The translations under genes and the position numbers were made by a program. Under the pieces are notes generated by a model. The model saw only the letters and a program-made list of their open reading frames with translations. It made no database searches and was not told the DNA's origin. This document shows positions 51,975 to 64,000 of a stretch of DNA of 64,000 nucleotides, one piece after another. The DNA comes from Octopus vulgaris (taxonomy: Eukaryota), in contig OX597820.1 in the NCBI GenBank assembly GCA_951406725.2, forward strand, positions 61,876,001-61,940,000. The letters run 5' to 3'. Position 1 is the first letter of the stretch, and the number at the start of each line of letters is the position of its first letter.

Positions 51975-52812
51975 ATATATATTAATAAAAGGAATTCCAA
52001 CCTTGTCTGATTTTCACGTTTTATTTACAATCTTATAATGATACACGTGTACACCGACAACAGATTAGAGACCCAGAGGTCCGTAAGATACCTTTGAGTA
52101 ACCACCTAGCAACATGTGGTCGGAAAATATATATAATATTTCCATTCTACAAATTACACAGCTCAAGTGAAATCGAGAGGAAAATCAGAGAAAAGAATTT
52201 TATTGATAAATTCGAACCCAAACTAAACAAGCAAAAATAATAATACTTAGATAGCAGGAAAATTATCTTATTTAGGGTTAAAAGTTCTATTGCCACCACC
52301 GTTACCACTAGCAACATTAATTAAGGTGCTGACAATGATGATGATGACAATTGAAATATAAAAATATAAAAATCTCTGACAAAGGATATTTACAACATTT
52401 CTAAAAATAGCCCAACAATTGCTGCCTCGGCCAGGGTTAAGATACAGGACTCTTGACATGTTCAACAAAGCGTGACGCCTAAACCAATCAGCTCAACCAA
52501 CCAATCAGCTTAAGTAATTGGTCAGAATACAGTTTGCAAAACCTAGCAATCTGGAGCCTTCACAGCTGTATTTAAGGCACAGATTCAATCATCTCGCTAC
52601 AGTAAAAAATTGTGAAGCATGACTGTCACCACTACTACAAGAACATAAAGATTGCAGAATTTAATGCATGAAAGTACTAGTTCAATCAGAATGAACATTT
52701 AACATTCTATTATTTTTATTTATTTTATTATATTATATTATCTTATATCATTATAAGATTGTAAATAAACGTGAAAATCAGACAAGGTTGGAATTCCTTT
52801 TATTAATATATT
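51975..52812 (+). mobile_element. 5'-truncated PLE with ~65-bp inverted pLTR ends, adjoining (TA)n
   Basis: 51977-52043 inverted to 52746-52811; 52049-52240 encodes VHRQQIRDPEVRKIPLSNHL...IFPFYKL...REKNFIDKFEPKLN (GIY-YIG C-terminus, same family as 32800); degenerate hammerhead at 52641-52683. Confidence 0.88.
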
Positions 52813-52836
52813 CTTCTATACACAATCACACACCCG

Positions 52837-52927
<91 letters not shown>

Positions 52928-53496
52928 ATATATATATATATATATAACAAAATAAAAACATGCACATTAGAAATTTGAGGAGATGGTCAGAGATGGAACT
53001 CGTCTGATCATTAAAATAGCTTCATCAAGACTGAGATTATTTCTCCTTATTTCTTTTTGTCATGAGGAAGCTGATATACGGATGGATTTGGTAGAACCCT
53101 ATGAAACTGGTGAAGTCGAATGCGGTCGATGTTTATAACGAACAACTGCAGAAAGAAGAAACAAACTCGGGATGAGAATTGTAGTAGTTTGAGGTTCTGG
53201 ATACTTAGGCATAGAAAAGTGATTAGGGCGTCGCATATGTGTGACGAGATGAGCCGAATGGAGTAAGAGATGGTGGTAGGCAGGTAGTTATCTTTAATGA
53301 GCAGAGGGCTTTCTACTGTGGGTAGAAAATTCAGGGAGCCAATTTAAAGACGACTATTGTAAGATTTTATTGAATAAAATGATGACAAAACATGTTTATT
53401 TTTATCCTCTAAACCCTACCCTTTTCGGTAAACAGGTATTATTGTCCGTTTCTAAGATTCATTTTTAAGTATATAACTGTCCTCAAATACCTTATG

Positions 53497-53551
<55 letters not shown>

Positions 53552-53559
53552 ATATATAA

Positions 53560-53607
<48 letters not shown>

Positions 53608-55299
53608 ATATAACAATATATAATGTATATATATACATACGCACTCACATAGACACACACATGTATATATATATATACATATATCTCCAACATATACATG
53701 CATGCATCCATGCACACACACACTCACACACACCTTCAAATATATATATATATATTATATGCATGCACGCGTATATTTGGTGAAACAGTGTCTGTTAGTT
53801 CTGCCGGTTTGTGCACTGAAACTCCGTGCCTATCTGCCAACAATATCTTTCGCTTTAACTACACAATCACACACAGGTATACTCACTGTTTCTTCCTCTC
53901 TATATCTACTTGCTGTATGACTCTCCTTTGTGTCTTTATTTGTTTGTCAATTCTTTATTTTAGTGTGTGACTTCATCTAAGCCCCAAGCTGTTTGTTTTT
54001 ATATTCAGTTTTATTTGATGCTAATAATTTCGGTGTTTCTAGCGCATTTCTTCCCATCTGTCTGTCGATTTGGTTTTATTTGTCTATCTATGACCACTCG
54101 TTTGCTTTTTTCCATCCCTCGTAATTTCCCACTTAAACTTCTCTTCTGGACATCTACATCTGGTAGTATCTTTAATGAGACATTTATTACATACAGAATG
54201 TAAAAGACCTGTTTATATATTGTACTACCATGTAACACCTGTTAATTTAATGTTCATTTCTTATTTCACTATTTTATTAGATTTTACGGCATTATTAAAT
54301 TTGGCTTCAGCTGCATACATAATTTTGCAACAGAAATAACATAGATAATAGTGAAAATTCTAATCGACGTTGTATTTCCAATAGTTCTCGCGCCTAAATC
54401 ACGTAATTGCGTGAATTGTTTATCAAATAATTTTTGCCGTTCCAAATCAAGTTTATCGTATAAAAGTATTTACAGCTCATAATTCAGTGTTCAAAGATTA
54501 CTTTTAGGTTAACTGGAAATAAATTTAAAGTAAGATTTAATCAGCATCTATAATCTTTCAAAAACTCGAAAATACTTTAAACAAAAATGTATGAAAAGCC
54601 AAATTATCTTTCAAAATTAACTACGTTCATATTTACAAGATTGTTTTGAATATATGTTGTGTGTATCGTGTGGAATCTTAACAAAAACTAGAATTTTTGT
54701 CATGGCATTTGCCTCTATAGGAAACTGAATATACTGTTTGTAAAGGTTCTTTCATGAGGCGATCGGATTTATGTCTTTTTACCCACAAAAATCCAAAGTA
54801 TTTGTTAAAATTGATTCACCTAGTAAGATAATCATCTAAAAATATTTCTTTAAATAACTTGAATAACTTAAAAAAAAAAAATTGCCCCGTTCTATATCAA
54901 AAAGACAATCTTGCGAAAGAATGATTCTCTGAAATACAAATATTTCGAGTGCATAAAATAATTTTGCTTATTTTTGTAGTTCATATACAAACAAAATTCC
55001 CTGTTGTTTTAAAAACAATGCATATATGTATATTTATATACATATTTTTATGTGTGTGTGTATTTTTATCTGCATATGTATGTATCTAAGGATTTGTATA
55101 TATATATATATTCACCTTGAAGGCGTGATGAAGCCGCAAGTAAACTCATCTAGAGACAAAGAGAAGTTGCAGAGCTGTATAAACAGATAAGCATAAAAAC
55201 AAAACAAAAACGGGAGAACATAGAAATACTGTACGCGAACATTCTAGAGAGAACAATTACACAAGGGAAATGATTTAAATAAACTAAAATGGGAAATGT

Positions 55300-55900
55300 T
55301 AACAAAAGGAAAGCCATAATGTTACCATTAAAGAAGATGGCACCATCAGGGAATGCAGAAATAGGATTATTAAAAGAACAATGGAGTTCTACAAAAGATA
55401 TGCTTAAGTGAAAGAAACAAGAGACCCTACAGAAGACATATCATTGAAGCTACAGCAGAATTATATTCTAGAACTTATACGAGTTGAGAAACATAGCCAA
55501 ACAAATGTATGCAGAGAGTTAAATTCCAGAATACAGTATAATACTCGCTATCTTAAAATATTCAAAAGAAGCTGTATTAAAGTAAATTCCAAACTCTTTA
55601 CTGATTGCTTCAAGAAAAGTGGAATTCTCAAACGTTAGAAAATTCCAGTAATCATTATATTGTACAAAAAGCGAGGAGAGAAAAGAACTAACAAACTAGT
55701 TTAGTTTATAAATGCCATAGGCATAGTTTTAACAAGGATCATGACGATCAAAATTCTCCAAAAAGTGGTCAAGAACAGTCACATGAACAAATGAATTTCG
55801 AAGCAGGTTTTTCTATCATCGATCACCTAAATGCGAGCAAATGGAACCCTTCCCAGCAAATTGAAACACCTGCTGATCGAAAAAACCCATTAAATTGAGA
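55300..55900 (+). mobile_element. Highly decayed LINE (RTE-like) RT N-terminal remnant
   Basis: IIILYKK...; EQ...F..GFSIIDH-like motifs with frameshifts. Confidence 0.45.
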
Positions 55901-55994
55901 ATAAACTTATCGAAAAATCTCCAGAATAACACAATCCACCCTGCATAACTTTTAATGATCACCAACAAATCTTATTCTCTAGAAATTTCAACCG

Positions 55995-56160
55995 TGAATC
56001 GGGTGGCGCGTTATGTTCTTGAGCAAAACACTTCGTCTCACGTTGCTCTGTGATAACTTCGACGCTTGGAGGTAGTGAGCTAATGTACAACACAAACATT
56101 TGATCACTATCAAGAAATCATTTGTGTTGGTTGTTCAGCAAGAAATTGCAGAACAGTCTT
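55995..56160 (+). mobile_element. CORE-like SINE fragment
   Basis: gcgcgttatgttcttgagcaaaacacttcgtctcacgttgctc. Confidence 0.6.
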
Positions 56161-56337
56161 TCCCCGACCACGAAATATATTTCTTTGGACAAACTATTTT
56201 AATCATATTAATGCCAAAAAGAGCCATTTTCACTTTTCCTATAAATTATTGCCGTTATCTCTAACAAAAGAATAATATATTTCGTTATTTCTTATTACCA
56301 GTTTAGATTATAGTTTGTATAAATTGATACTCTATAA

Positions 56338-56737
56338 GCGCGGGAGTGGCTGTGTGGTAATTAGCTTGCTTACCAATCACATGGTTCCGGGTTCATTCCC
56401 ACTGCGTGGTATCTTGGGCAAGTGTCTTCTACTATAGCCTCGGGCCGACCAAAGCCTTGTGAGCGGATTTGGTAGATAGAAACTGAAAGAAGCCCGTCGT
56501 ATATATGTATATATATATATGTGTGTGTGTATGTTTGTGTGTCAGTGTTTGTCCCCCCCAACATCGCTTGACAACCGATGCTGGTGTGTTTACGTCCCCG
56601 TAACTTAGCTGTTTGGCAAAAGAGAATGATAGAATAAGTACTAGGCTTACAAAGAATAAGTTCTGGGGTCGATTTTCTCGATTAAAGGCGGTGCTCCTGC
56701 ATGGCCGCAGTCAAATGACTGAAACAAGTAAAAGAGT
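56338..56737 (+). mobile_element. Full-length SINE family A
   Basis: gcgcgggagtggctgtgtgg...ggttccgggttcattccc...gaaacaagtaaaagag. Confidence 0.92.
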
Positions 56738-56759
56738 ATGCAAGCATAGAGATTTAAAG

Positions 56760-57400
56760 ATTTAATCTTTAAATCATTCTGGATGTTTTTTGCAATGATT
56801 ATGCTATCACATATGTTATGTATGATGACGTTAGACTTTGTAATAACCTTACTTTCAGAACAAGACATGTAGACTGCCGTAGTGTGGGCGCCATTTTCTT
56901 ATTCATGACTACTCCGCTCTTTGAGAAGTAGAAATTGCCTTGTAGGTACAGGAAAGAAACCTTGGTTGTACAAGTCAACAGAAGTGTAAGGATGTTTCTC
57001 AATATTGAGTAATATACTTGTAGAAAATGGAGATAATTTGTCTCATATTATATCAATAGCTTTTATTATAGGAACATTGATAAAAAGGATTTAGACCTTA
57101 ATTGAAATTATTCCAATTCTTTTCAGTTTCTTATAAAACTTTCTATGAATTCATCCTATGAGAAGATCCTGTAGCTCTCTTGTGTATCTTGCTTAACGAT
57201 TCTGCCTTGTTGATTAGAAAGTCTGTGATTTGATGTGTTGACCTGTGCGATTAAAGGTCGAACGGTGTTGTACTGTTTGTTAGTCTTTAAAGTGCCGTAG
57301 ATATACTGGGTATAAGATCTGGTATATAGTAAAACAGGAAACATGTCCTATTTATGCATTTGCAACTGTAATTGTTCAGTGTCATCTTTCCTAATGTTGA
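56760..57400 (-). mobile_element. Decayed PLE reverse transcriptase
   Basis: YIYGTLKTNKQYNTVRPLIAQVNT, FINVPI, CTTKVSFLYLQGNFYFSKSGVVM..MAPTL, cf. YG..KTHK...LRPIISQ / LFTNVP / Y.Q..GVAMGSPL.P. Confidence 0.7.
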
Positions 57401-57497
57401 CAAATTTACGAACATATTATATATTGTTGAGCTTTATAATTATTCATCTTTATTTAAAATAACGAACATATTGCTCTTATTGGTGTTAGAATTTCGT

Positions 57498-57915
57498 TGC
57501 TTTTCAGATTATGAAGAGCTAGTTTAAATTAGCATTTATTTGTTGCTGTGCTTGTCTCTTTGTTTATTGCTTTTACACTTGAATAAATGTCGTAGTTTGT
57601 CATCAATTTTTATTATATTTAATAATAACAATTTAAAGTTTAGTTTTTAGTTGTGTAGTGTTGTCTTTCGTAATTTTGACGAATTAGCTGTTGCCATACA
57701 GTAAATTTCTGATATTTGTAATGTGTTTGTCTATGTTCATAACAACAAATACATTGTTCTTATCGCTTTGGCATATTACACTTTTATATTTGTTTTTCAG
57801 ATGATGTAGAGCTAGTTCAAGATTTTTGTTAAGCACGTTTAAGCATTATATCTTAGTTTATTGTCTTTACACTTGAATAAGTGTTGCAGTTTGTCGCCAA
57901 TTTTTATTACATTTT
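57498..57915. repeat. Diverged direct repeat (~120-bp units about 290 bp apart), possibly tandem pLTRs
   Basis: ttttcagat.atg.agagctagtt...ttacacttgaataa.tgt.g.agtttgtc..caatttttatta at ~57500-57620 and 57793-57915. Confidence 0.6.
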
Positions 57916-58575
57916 GAAAGTCGAACTCAAATTACATTATAAGTCTCCAGAGACTGATAAAGGAATTCGAGATAAACTTTTTTCTCTTTCTGTTTTGCTC
58001 GTGTTTGCAACAAGGAACCATTATAGCATATTAGAACACAGGAGAGGAAACAAAACTAGACGGAAAAAAATATTAGTTGATAACAATAACACATTATATA
58101 GAATTCAACAAAAAAATCTAGATTAACTATGACAGTTTTATTAATAGCTACCTACATAAATATAAACATACATACATACGTACGTATATACACACATAAA
58201 TACATACATAGACACACACGCGGACATATTTGTATATGGGCAAAGAAATGCGTCACGTAAATTAAATGAGGCAAGAGAACAAGAGTTAATGTTAAACAAT
58301 TGTAAATTTGGAGATGGTGATATTATCCTTTACAACATCTGTTTCGTGATCCCTTGCTGCCAACTAGAAAACATTGTTACAGTTAGCTACTGTTCAGAAG
58401 ATGAGGTAAAAAAAAACCTTGGAAAGCTAATAGACTTTGAAATACTGTCGTTTAAAATGAAACATAATGGACTAATAAGGTGACATGAAAATCTTTAATC
58501 AAAAGCATTAAATGCTAACATGGTTCGCCTTCAATATAATATGCTTGAAAGTAAAGTAATTTCCCCCACATGCAT

Positions 58576-58614
<39 letters not shown>

Positions 58615-58736
58615 ATTAAAAAAATGTAGTCAACAAGAAGGATTACGGTTGGACAATTATTTTCAATCACTACAAGTGTTTCTACGCAACGTAGTTCTCC
58701 TGGCGTGCAGGTGCTTGATCATGCATCTGTTTCCTT

Positions 58737-58768
<32 letters not shown>

Positions 58769-59477
58769 GCATTTCAACATGGTGATTGCTTCATCTCCAC
58801 AGATGATTGTTGCCTCCTTGTGTTTTTTCGTTGTCAATGGCATCTATAATGTTTTGTCAGTGACATTTCAGATGATATTCAGCCCACTTGTAGATCTACA
58901 TGGTGTGAATCATAGGTGAAAGATGAAAGTTGTAACTTACTGTGCACTGCCAACTAGGTAGGTCTACATACATCGCCACTCTTTCATTACCATAAGACTT
59001 TCTGTAGATGGAATGACAAATGAGGCTACTGTCAAGAGACAACTCTAACGTCACTGGGCTAAAGTGATAAACACTTGCACCACATGTGTATCACTCTCTG
59101 AGTGTTCGGGATTACTACTAAGTGATAGGCCAAAATGAGGTATCCAGTAATCCTGTGAAACTGAAGATTTTACAGCAAAGTGCCCCATTTCTAGAAAGAT
59201 GTTATGACAACAGCTAGGGGTCTTACACTTCCAGTGGTTATAATGCATACCCTGACACCAATCAAGAATATTTCTGTGTTCTCGCGCTCAGATGGCTTGT
59301 CATCACGTATGCTAATTAACACATAGCTAGAAGACTGACAGGTGCTCGGGTCAGAGTAGACCTGGAGAGAATACCAGTTCAGAGCTAGTTCTATATTCGT
59401 CAAAACCCGGAAACCCTCGAACCATAGCCCCACTATCTGATGTAGTTTAATATCACACCCAGGACAAATATTTCAAC

Positions 59478-59508
<31 letters not shown>

Positions 59509-59524
59509 CATACATACGTACATC

Positions 59525-59679
59525 TATCTATCTATTCTGTGATACACGATCCCTATTGATCGTCTCCACCTTTTTTTTCACGATCCCTTTTGATCGGAAT
59601 TCGACCCTTTCCCCCCCCCCCAAAGCTATACTTTGTATTTTGTCCCTTCTGTGTTCAGCCCTGCGTGGCCAATAAAGAA

Positions 59680-59680
<1 letters not shown>
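59525..59680 (+). mobile_element. Probable LINE 3' tail between (TACA)n and (TATC)n
   Basis: Ends ttgtcccttctgtgttcagccctgcgtggccaataaagaaa, homologous to the end of family B SINE units. Confidence 0.55.
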
Positions 59681-59765
<85 letters not shown>

Positions 59766-60864
59766 ACTAATACTTATAAATATTTGTTTGTGTGTGTATG
59801 TGTGTGTGTGTATGTGTGTCTGAGTGCATACATTCATAAAAGTGAGACAGTGTGTCAATAATTATCTACAATACACATACTTTTCTTGTAATAGTAAGAA
59901 CATTAGCTGTTTGCACATCACTAGAAGTATTCTTCCCCTTGTTAGGCTTTCCTGGTTTGAACAAGAAATATTAAGTTATCCTCGTTATCACTTCTATGGT
60001 AGCAGCTCTTGTTTTCACATACTCCAAAAAAAAAAAAAAAAAAAAAGAGCAGCATTCAGTGATTTCCTTTCATAATTTAAGAAAAGAAAAAATATTCTTA
60101 AATGAATAAAGTTCTTAGATTTACTAATCCATAATTTACTAACAGTCTTTTGCTTTAGAATATATTCGCGAGCATTTTGTTTTCTGTTTATATTTTCTTA
60201 AGACAATACTTTCAGCTGAAAGATGTGACATCTAAACACCTTATTCTCCTACTTAGCTGCAAATCTTCAATAGATTTGGCCCCCGATATACGGAATTCCA
60301 GAACGCTGTTTTTTCCTAGCGTAGTCTGAAAAGCAGGGAGGTCAGGATTAGCATGATAACAATACCCATATAAATTCTTATTGAATTACTTATTGTTTTC
60401 GTCTGTTTATGTCATGAAGATTTGACAATTTAATAATATAAAAGGATTAACACGTCTTGCTAATGGTAAAATTGTTGCTATCATTTTTACTATATTACCA
60501 CATAATACACTTATATTCATTATCATTTTAATTAAAAAAAACATACAATTTTTTAATAATATTTAATTATTGATATCTTCAAAAAACATTTAGATTTTCG
60601 CGAAATCTAAAGTGTTTGGTATACTTTTCTCTGTTGACAACTAAGTAGAATATTTTTTTATAAACCATGAATTAAAAAAAATTAATGAGTAATTATTTTA
60701 AGTTAGTATCACTAATTGTTTTCCTCTTAATTGTTTAAGATAAAGTCCTTTATTGATTTAATATTCTTATGGACGTATAAACATTATTAATTTATGAAAT
60801 ATAATTTGTTAAATATGATCTTTAACATAATTTTCCATGACGTTCTTTAATAATAAGAAAAATG

Positions 60865-61200
60865 GTTTCAAGTTTTGGCATTATGCCAACAAACTTAGTG
60901 GGGAGAAGTCAGTTGATTACATCGACCTTAGAACTTGGGAAATATTTATGATATAGGCCCCGAAAGGGTGAAAAGCAAAGTTGACCTCGGTTGGATTTGA
61001 ACTGCGAACGCAAGAGCCGAAAAATGCCAAAAGATGTCTTTTCCGACGCCCCATCGATTCTGAATCCCCGCCATCTTGAAAACGGTTTCTGATTTAGGTA
61101 CAACACCAGTAATTTTTAAGGAGAAGGGTTAATCAATCATATCGACACCCAGTACTAGACTGATGCTGTATTTCAAGGACCCGGGAGAGGCGAAAGGCAA
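60865..61200 (-). mobile_element. Diverged SINE family B (two units)
   Basis: gattacatcgacc...cccgaaagggtgaaaagcaaagttgacctcgg. Confidence 0.7.
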
Positions 61201-61870
61201 AAGTAGTTAGCAATAACTTCATCTGAATACTTGTACCCCAGTATTTGAAATAGCGAAATACAAAGGTGGCCATTAAGGTCATTAGAAGGGACATTGACTT
61301 GTGGCTGGTTATGGTCTGTGTTGTGCAGTAAGGGTAATTAGTGGAGGGGTATCGAAAGGTGACGTGTGGTGGTGGGTGGTCAAGATCATTCCGGACCTTC
61401 GCCAGGTTGAGGATACTGAAAGAAAAGGCATCAAAATCGATGCTGATAAGCAATAAAACTAGTTGTACATGTAGTAGTAAAAGCGACTACAGGACTGTTT
61501 GTAAAGGAAAACTGGAAAAGTCGGAAAAGGAGGTGGGGAGAGGAAAAGACCAGAAAGCAACCGAAGTAGCAGGGAAGTAGAATGCTTTAGTTTGCAGAAC
61601 ATCGTCAATTACAGCTGCAGAAGTGCCTGCAGAGGTCACCTCCCGTCCTGGAAACAAGTGCTCCATCCTGAAAACAAGTGAGCAGTCACCCTATCCCCGA
61701 AGTAAAATAATCCACAGCACTACTCCATCGACTTGTGATGAGTTGGCGAGGGTGTTTGCATAGGAAAGTTACAAAACTCTCGTGGCGGGTTGGTGAAACG
61801 CAAAAGGGAAGAAAGAGAAAGGAAACTCCGTATATAGGAGTGAACACCAAAGAAAACAATAAAAATATTC

Positions 61871-62050
61871 GAGGAAGAGCACCCTACTTGAAACAACAGG
61901 GATTGCTTTTCTCAGAAGTACAATGATGTTGAGGAAGAGCACCCTACTCGAAACAACAGGGATTGCTTTTCTCAGAAGTACAATGATGTTGAGGAAGAGC
62001 ACCCTACTTGAAACAACAGGGATTGCTTTTCTCAGAAGTACAATGATGTT
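61871..62050. repeat. 60-bp tandem repeat x3, near identical
   Basis: gaggaagagcaccctacttgaaacaacagggattgcttttctcagaagtacaatgatgtt x3, with one substitution in unit 2. Confidence 0.97.
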
Positions 62051-62399
62051 CCTCTTGAGAAGAATAACGGAGGCAATGTTGAGACGGATGACAAATTGAA
62101 ATTCACCGTCATTCGAATACTGGATCAAAATATGCGAGACCGAATCGCATTCATGGTGCAAGAAGTATTGCGTGGATTTAGAGATTAGAGAGAAGTAGTT
62201 CGGGCAGGAATACAGAAGACACACGAAAGACATAATATTGGTAAAAACAACAGTAAAGTTTTTGAAACGTTAATGGACATTAATGGAACATTATGTATGC
62301 GATAAACTAAAATAATAATGGTGTAATTTGTTTCACAAATTTTAAATTTGTCTCAAATTTAATTATATAATGTCTTTCACTCATTCTTCACCTTATATA

Positions 62400-62810
62400 G
62401 GCGCAGGAGTGGCTGTGTGGTAACTAGCTTGCTTACCAACCACATGGTTCCGGGTTCAGTCCGACTGCGTGGCACCTTGGGCAAGTGTCTTCTACTATAG
62501 CCTCGAGCCGACCAAAGCCTTGTGAGTGGATTTGGTAGACGGAAACTGAAAGAAGCCCGTCGTATATATGTATATATGTATGTGTGTGTGTATATGTTTG
62601 TGTGTCTGTGTTTGTTCCCCCAAACATCGCCTGACAACCGATGCTGGCCTGTGTACGTTCCCGTAACTTAGCGGTTCGGCAAAAGTGACCGGTAGAATAA
62701 GTACTAGGCTTACAAAGAATAAGTCCTGGGGTCGATTTGCTCGACTAAAGGCGGTGCTTCAGCATGGCCACAGTTAACTGACTGAAACAAGTAAAAGGGT
62801 AAAAAAAGAG
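62400..62810 (+). mobile_element. Full-length SINE family A
   Basis: ggcgcaggagtggctgtgtgg head, internal microsatellite, GTAAAA tail. Confidence 0.92.
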
Positions 62811-62812
62811 AG

Positions 62813-62850
<38 letters not shown>

Positions 62851-62929
62851 TGTTTATCCCAGCACCACATATTTCTAAGCTCCCTATTCAACATACGTCG
62901 TATTTCATGGTGTAACTTCGAGTATTTCA

Positions 62930-63090
62930 TTCAGTTACTTTACATTCTGAGTTTAAATCACGTCGAGGTCAACTTTGCCTTTTATCACAACGGGCCGATA
63001 AAACAAAGTACCATTCATGTACTGGGGTTAAAGATGTCGACTATTATCCTCCTTTAAAATTTGTTCATTTTGTGCTCCGATCAGAAACTA
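62930..63090 (+). mobile_element. Diverged SINE family B
   Basis: gaggtcaactttgcctttt...gtactgggg. Confidence 0.65.
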
Positions 63091-63399
63091 TTATTATTGA
63101 TATTGTTGTTGTTGTTGTTTTTGCCGTTGTCGTTATTGTTGCTGCTGTTATAATTAATGTCAAAGAAGCTCACAAAATCCTTAGCAGCAGCAAATCATGC
63201 ATTGCTACTCCGAGCACCATAAAAAGCAATAATGGTAGCGATAATTAGGATACTAAAAATAACAGCAGCTGTAAAAAGACAGCCACAAAATATTTCTTTT
63301 GCCGAAAGCGCAAGACCTTTTAATTTCATCTCACTAAACAATAAGTATGAAGATTTCAAAGAAGCTGAGAAACACACTAACAAGCTAGAACAGGGAAAG

Positions 63400-64000
63400 G
63401 TTATGCTCAATATCCATCAACCTTTTTGACCAAGTAGAAAAGGAAGCACTTCTGTATAGATGCTTATCAATGAAATACACAAATTAGAGTATATATATAT
63501 TCAGCCAAGTTGAACTCTGTTTAAGGAGCATATAGCAAAACATCAATTGTATGGGACATGCCCATAAGTTCAGAGACATTTGAGTTATTTTCCATTCGGA
63601 TTCCTTACTGAGAAGCACTTCAGTGTCCCACAAAGGATATTAGTTTTCCCACTGATACCTGAGAAAGAGAGTAAACTGAATAAAGATCTTGAACATATCA
63701 CCAGAAATAGACATCTGGTGAATGAAGAAATATGTTGCTTGGAAGACTGTGGTACGCTACTAGAAATATAACAAAAAATTCCGAAAATAAAATTGGATTG
63801 AGATCTTGAGATCTTGATTAGAGATCGTGATCCAGGTGAAGCCTGTGGCTCTAATAGAGATCCCAGGAGGGCTGTAACTGCAGGCGGTAGTTGAAGGTAG
63901 AATGGCTCGATGCTACGGCTGTGGAAGCACTTATCAATTCAAAGCTTTGTGCTCCTGAATACAATAGCTGAAAGAAGGTCTCCACTGCTGCCAACATCAC
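63400..64000 (+). mobile_element. Possible decayed CR1/L2 LINE ORF2 region
   Basis: Weak KA.GPD.IP and W..A.ITP-like remnants (ggtgaagcctgtggctctaat..gatccc; gctgccaacatcac). Confidence 0.35.

Noticed and set aside
52985-53035. Possible hammerhead on the minus strand (GUC-UUGAUGA-AGCUA...)
   Set aside because: No GAAA or stem III; too decayed to call.
58860-59330. Possible minus-strand L2/Rex1 RT remnant
   Set aside because: Only vague motif resemblance; not supportable without a profile search.
62377-62637. Recurrent ORFs such as YDGLLSVSVYQIHSQGFGRPEAIVEDTC (also 6232, 15478, 56370)
   Set aside because: Antisense translations of SINE family A, not a gene family.

Overview
This is AT-rich eukaryotic non-coding DNA. 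I found no intact host gene, rRNA, true tRNA or CRISPR array. Its make-up (dense TA/CA/TACA/TATC microsatellites, at least four tRNA-headed SINE families, decayed Penelope-like elements, LINEs and DNA transposons) resembles an Octopus/cephalopod intron or intergenic region; the taxon is inferred, not proven. Almost all ORFs in the track are microsatellite or SINE artefacts. Recognisable coding remnants are all transposon-derived: Penelope-like (PLE) RT and GIY-YIG fragments, an R4/Dong-type RLE LINE, an RTE LINE with a C2H2 tail, CR1/L2 pieces, mariner and maT transposases, a hAT transposase and a Helitron PIF1 helicase. The strongest signal not shown by the ORF track is about a dozen minimal type-I hammerhead ribozyme motifs on both strands, with palindromic stem III. 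Five have an intact catalytic core, and several share a non-canonical base of stem II (A.A, G.A, U.U or an extra nucleotide). They sit in PLE pseudo-LTRs docked at (TA)n tracts, often with inverted copies that form long fold-backs, and one fragment ends at the predicted cleavage site. Also notable are a complete non-autonomous Helitron whose empty A|T site survives in an adjacent 305-bp tandem duplicate, a TSD-flanked multimeric SINE, and two minisatellites with a conserved core and purine spacers. All coordinates and folds were read by eye and may be off by a few bases.
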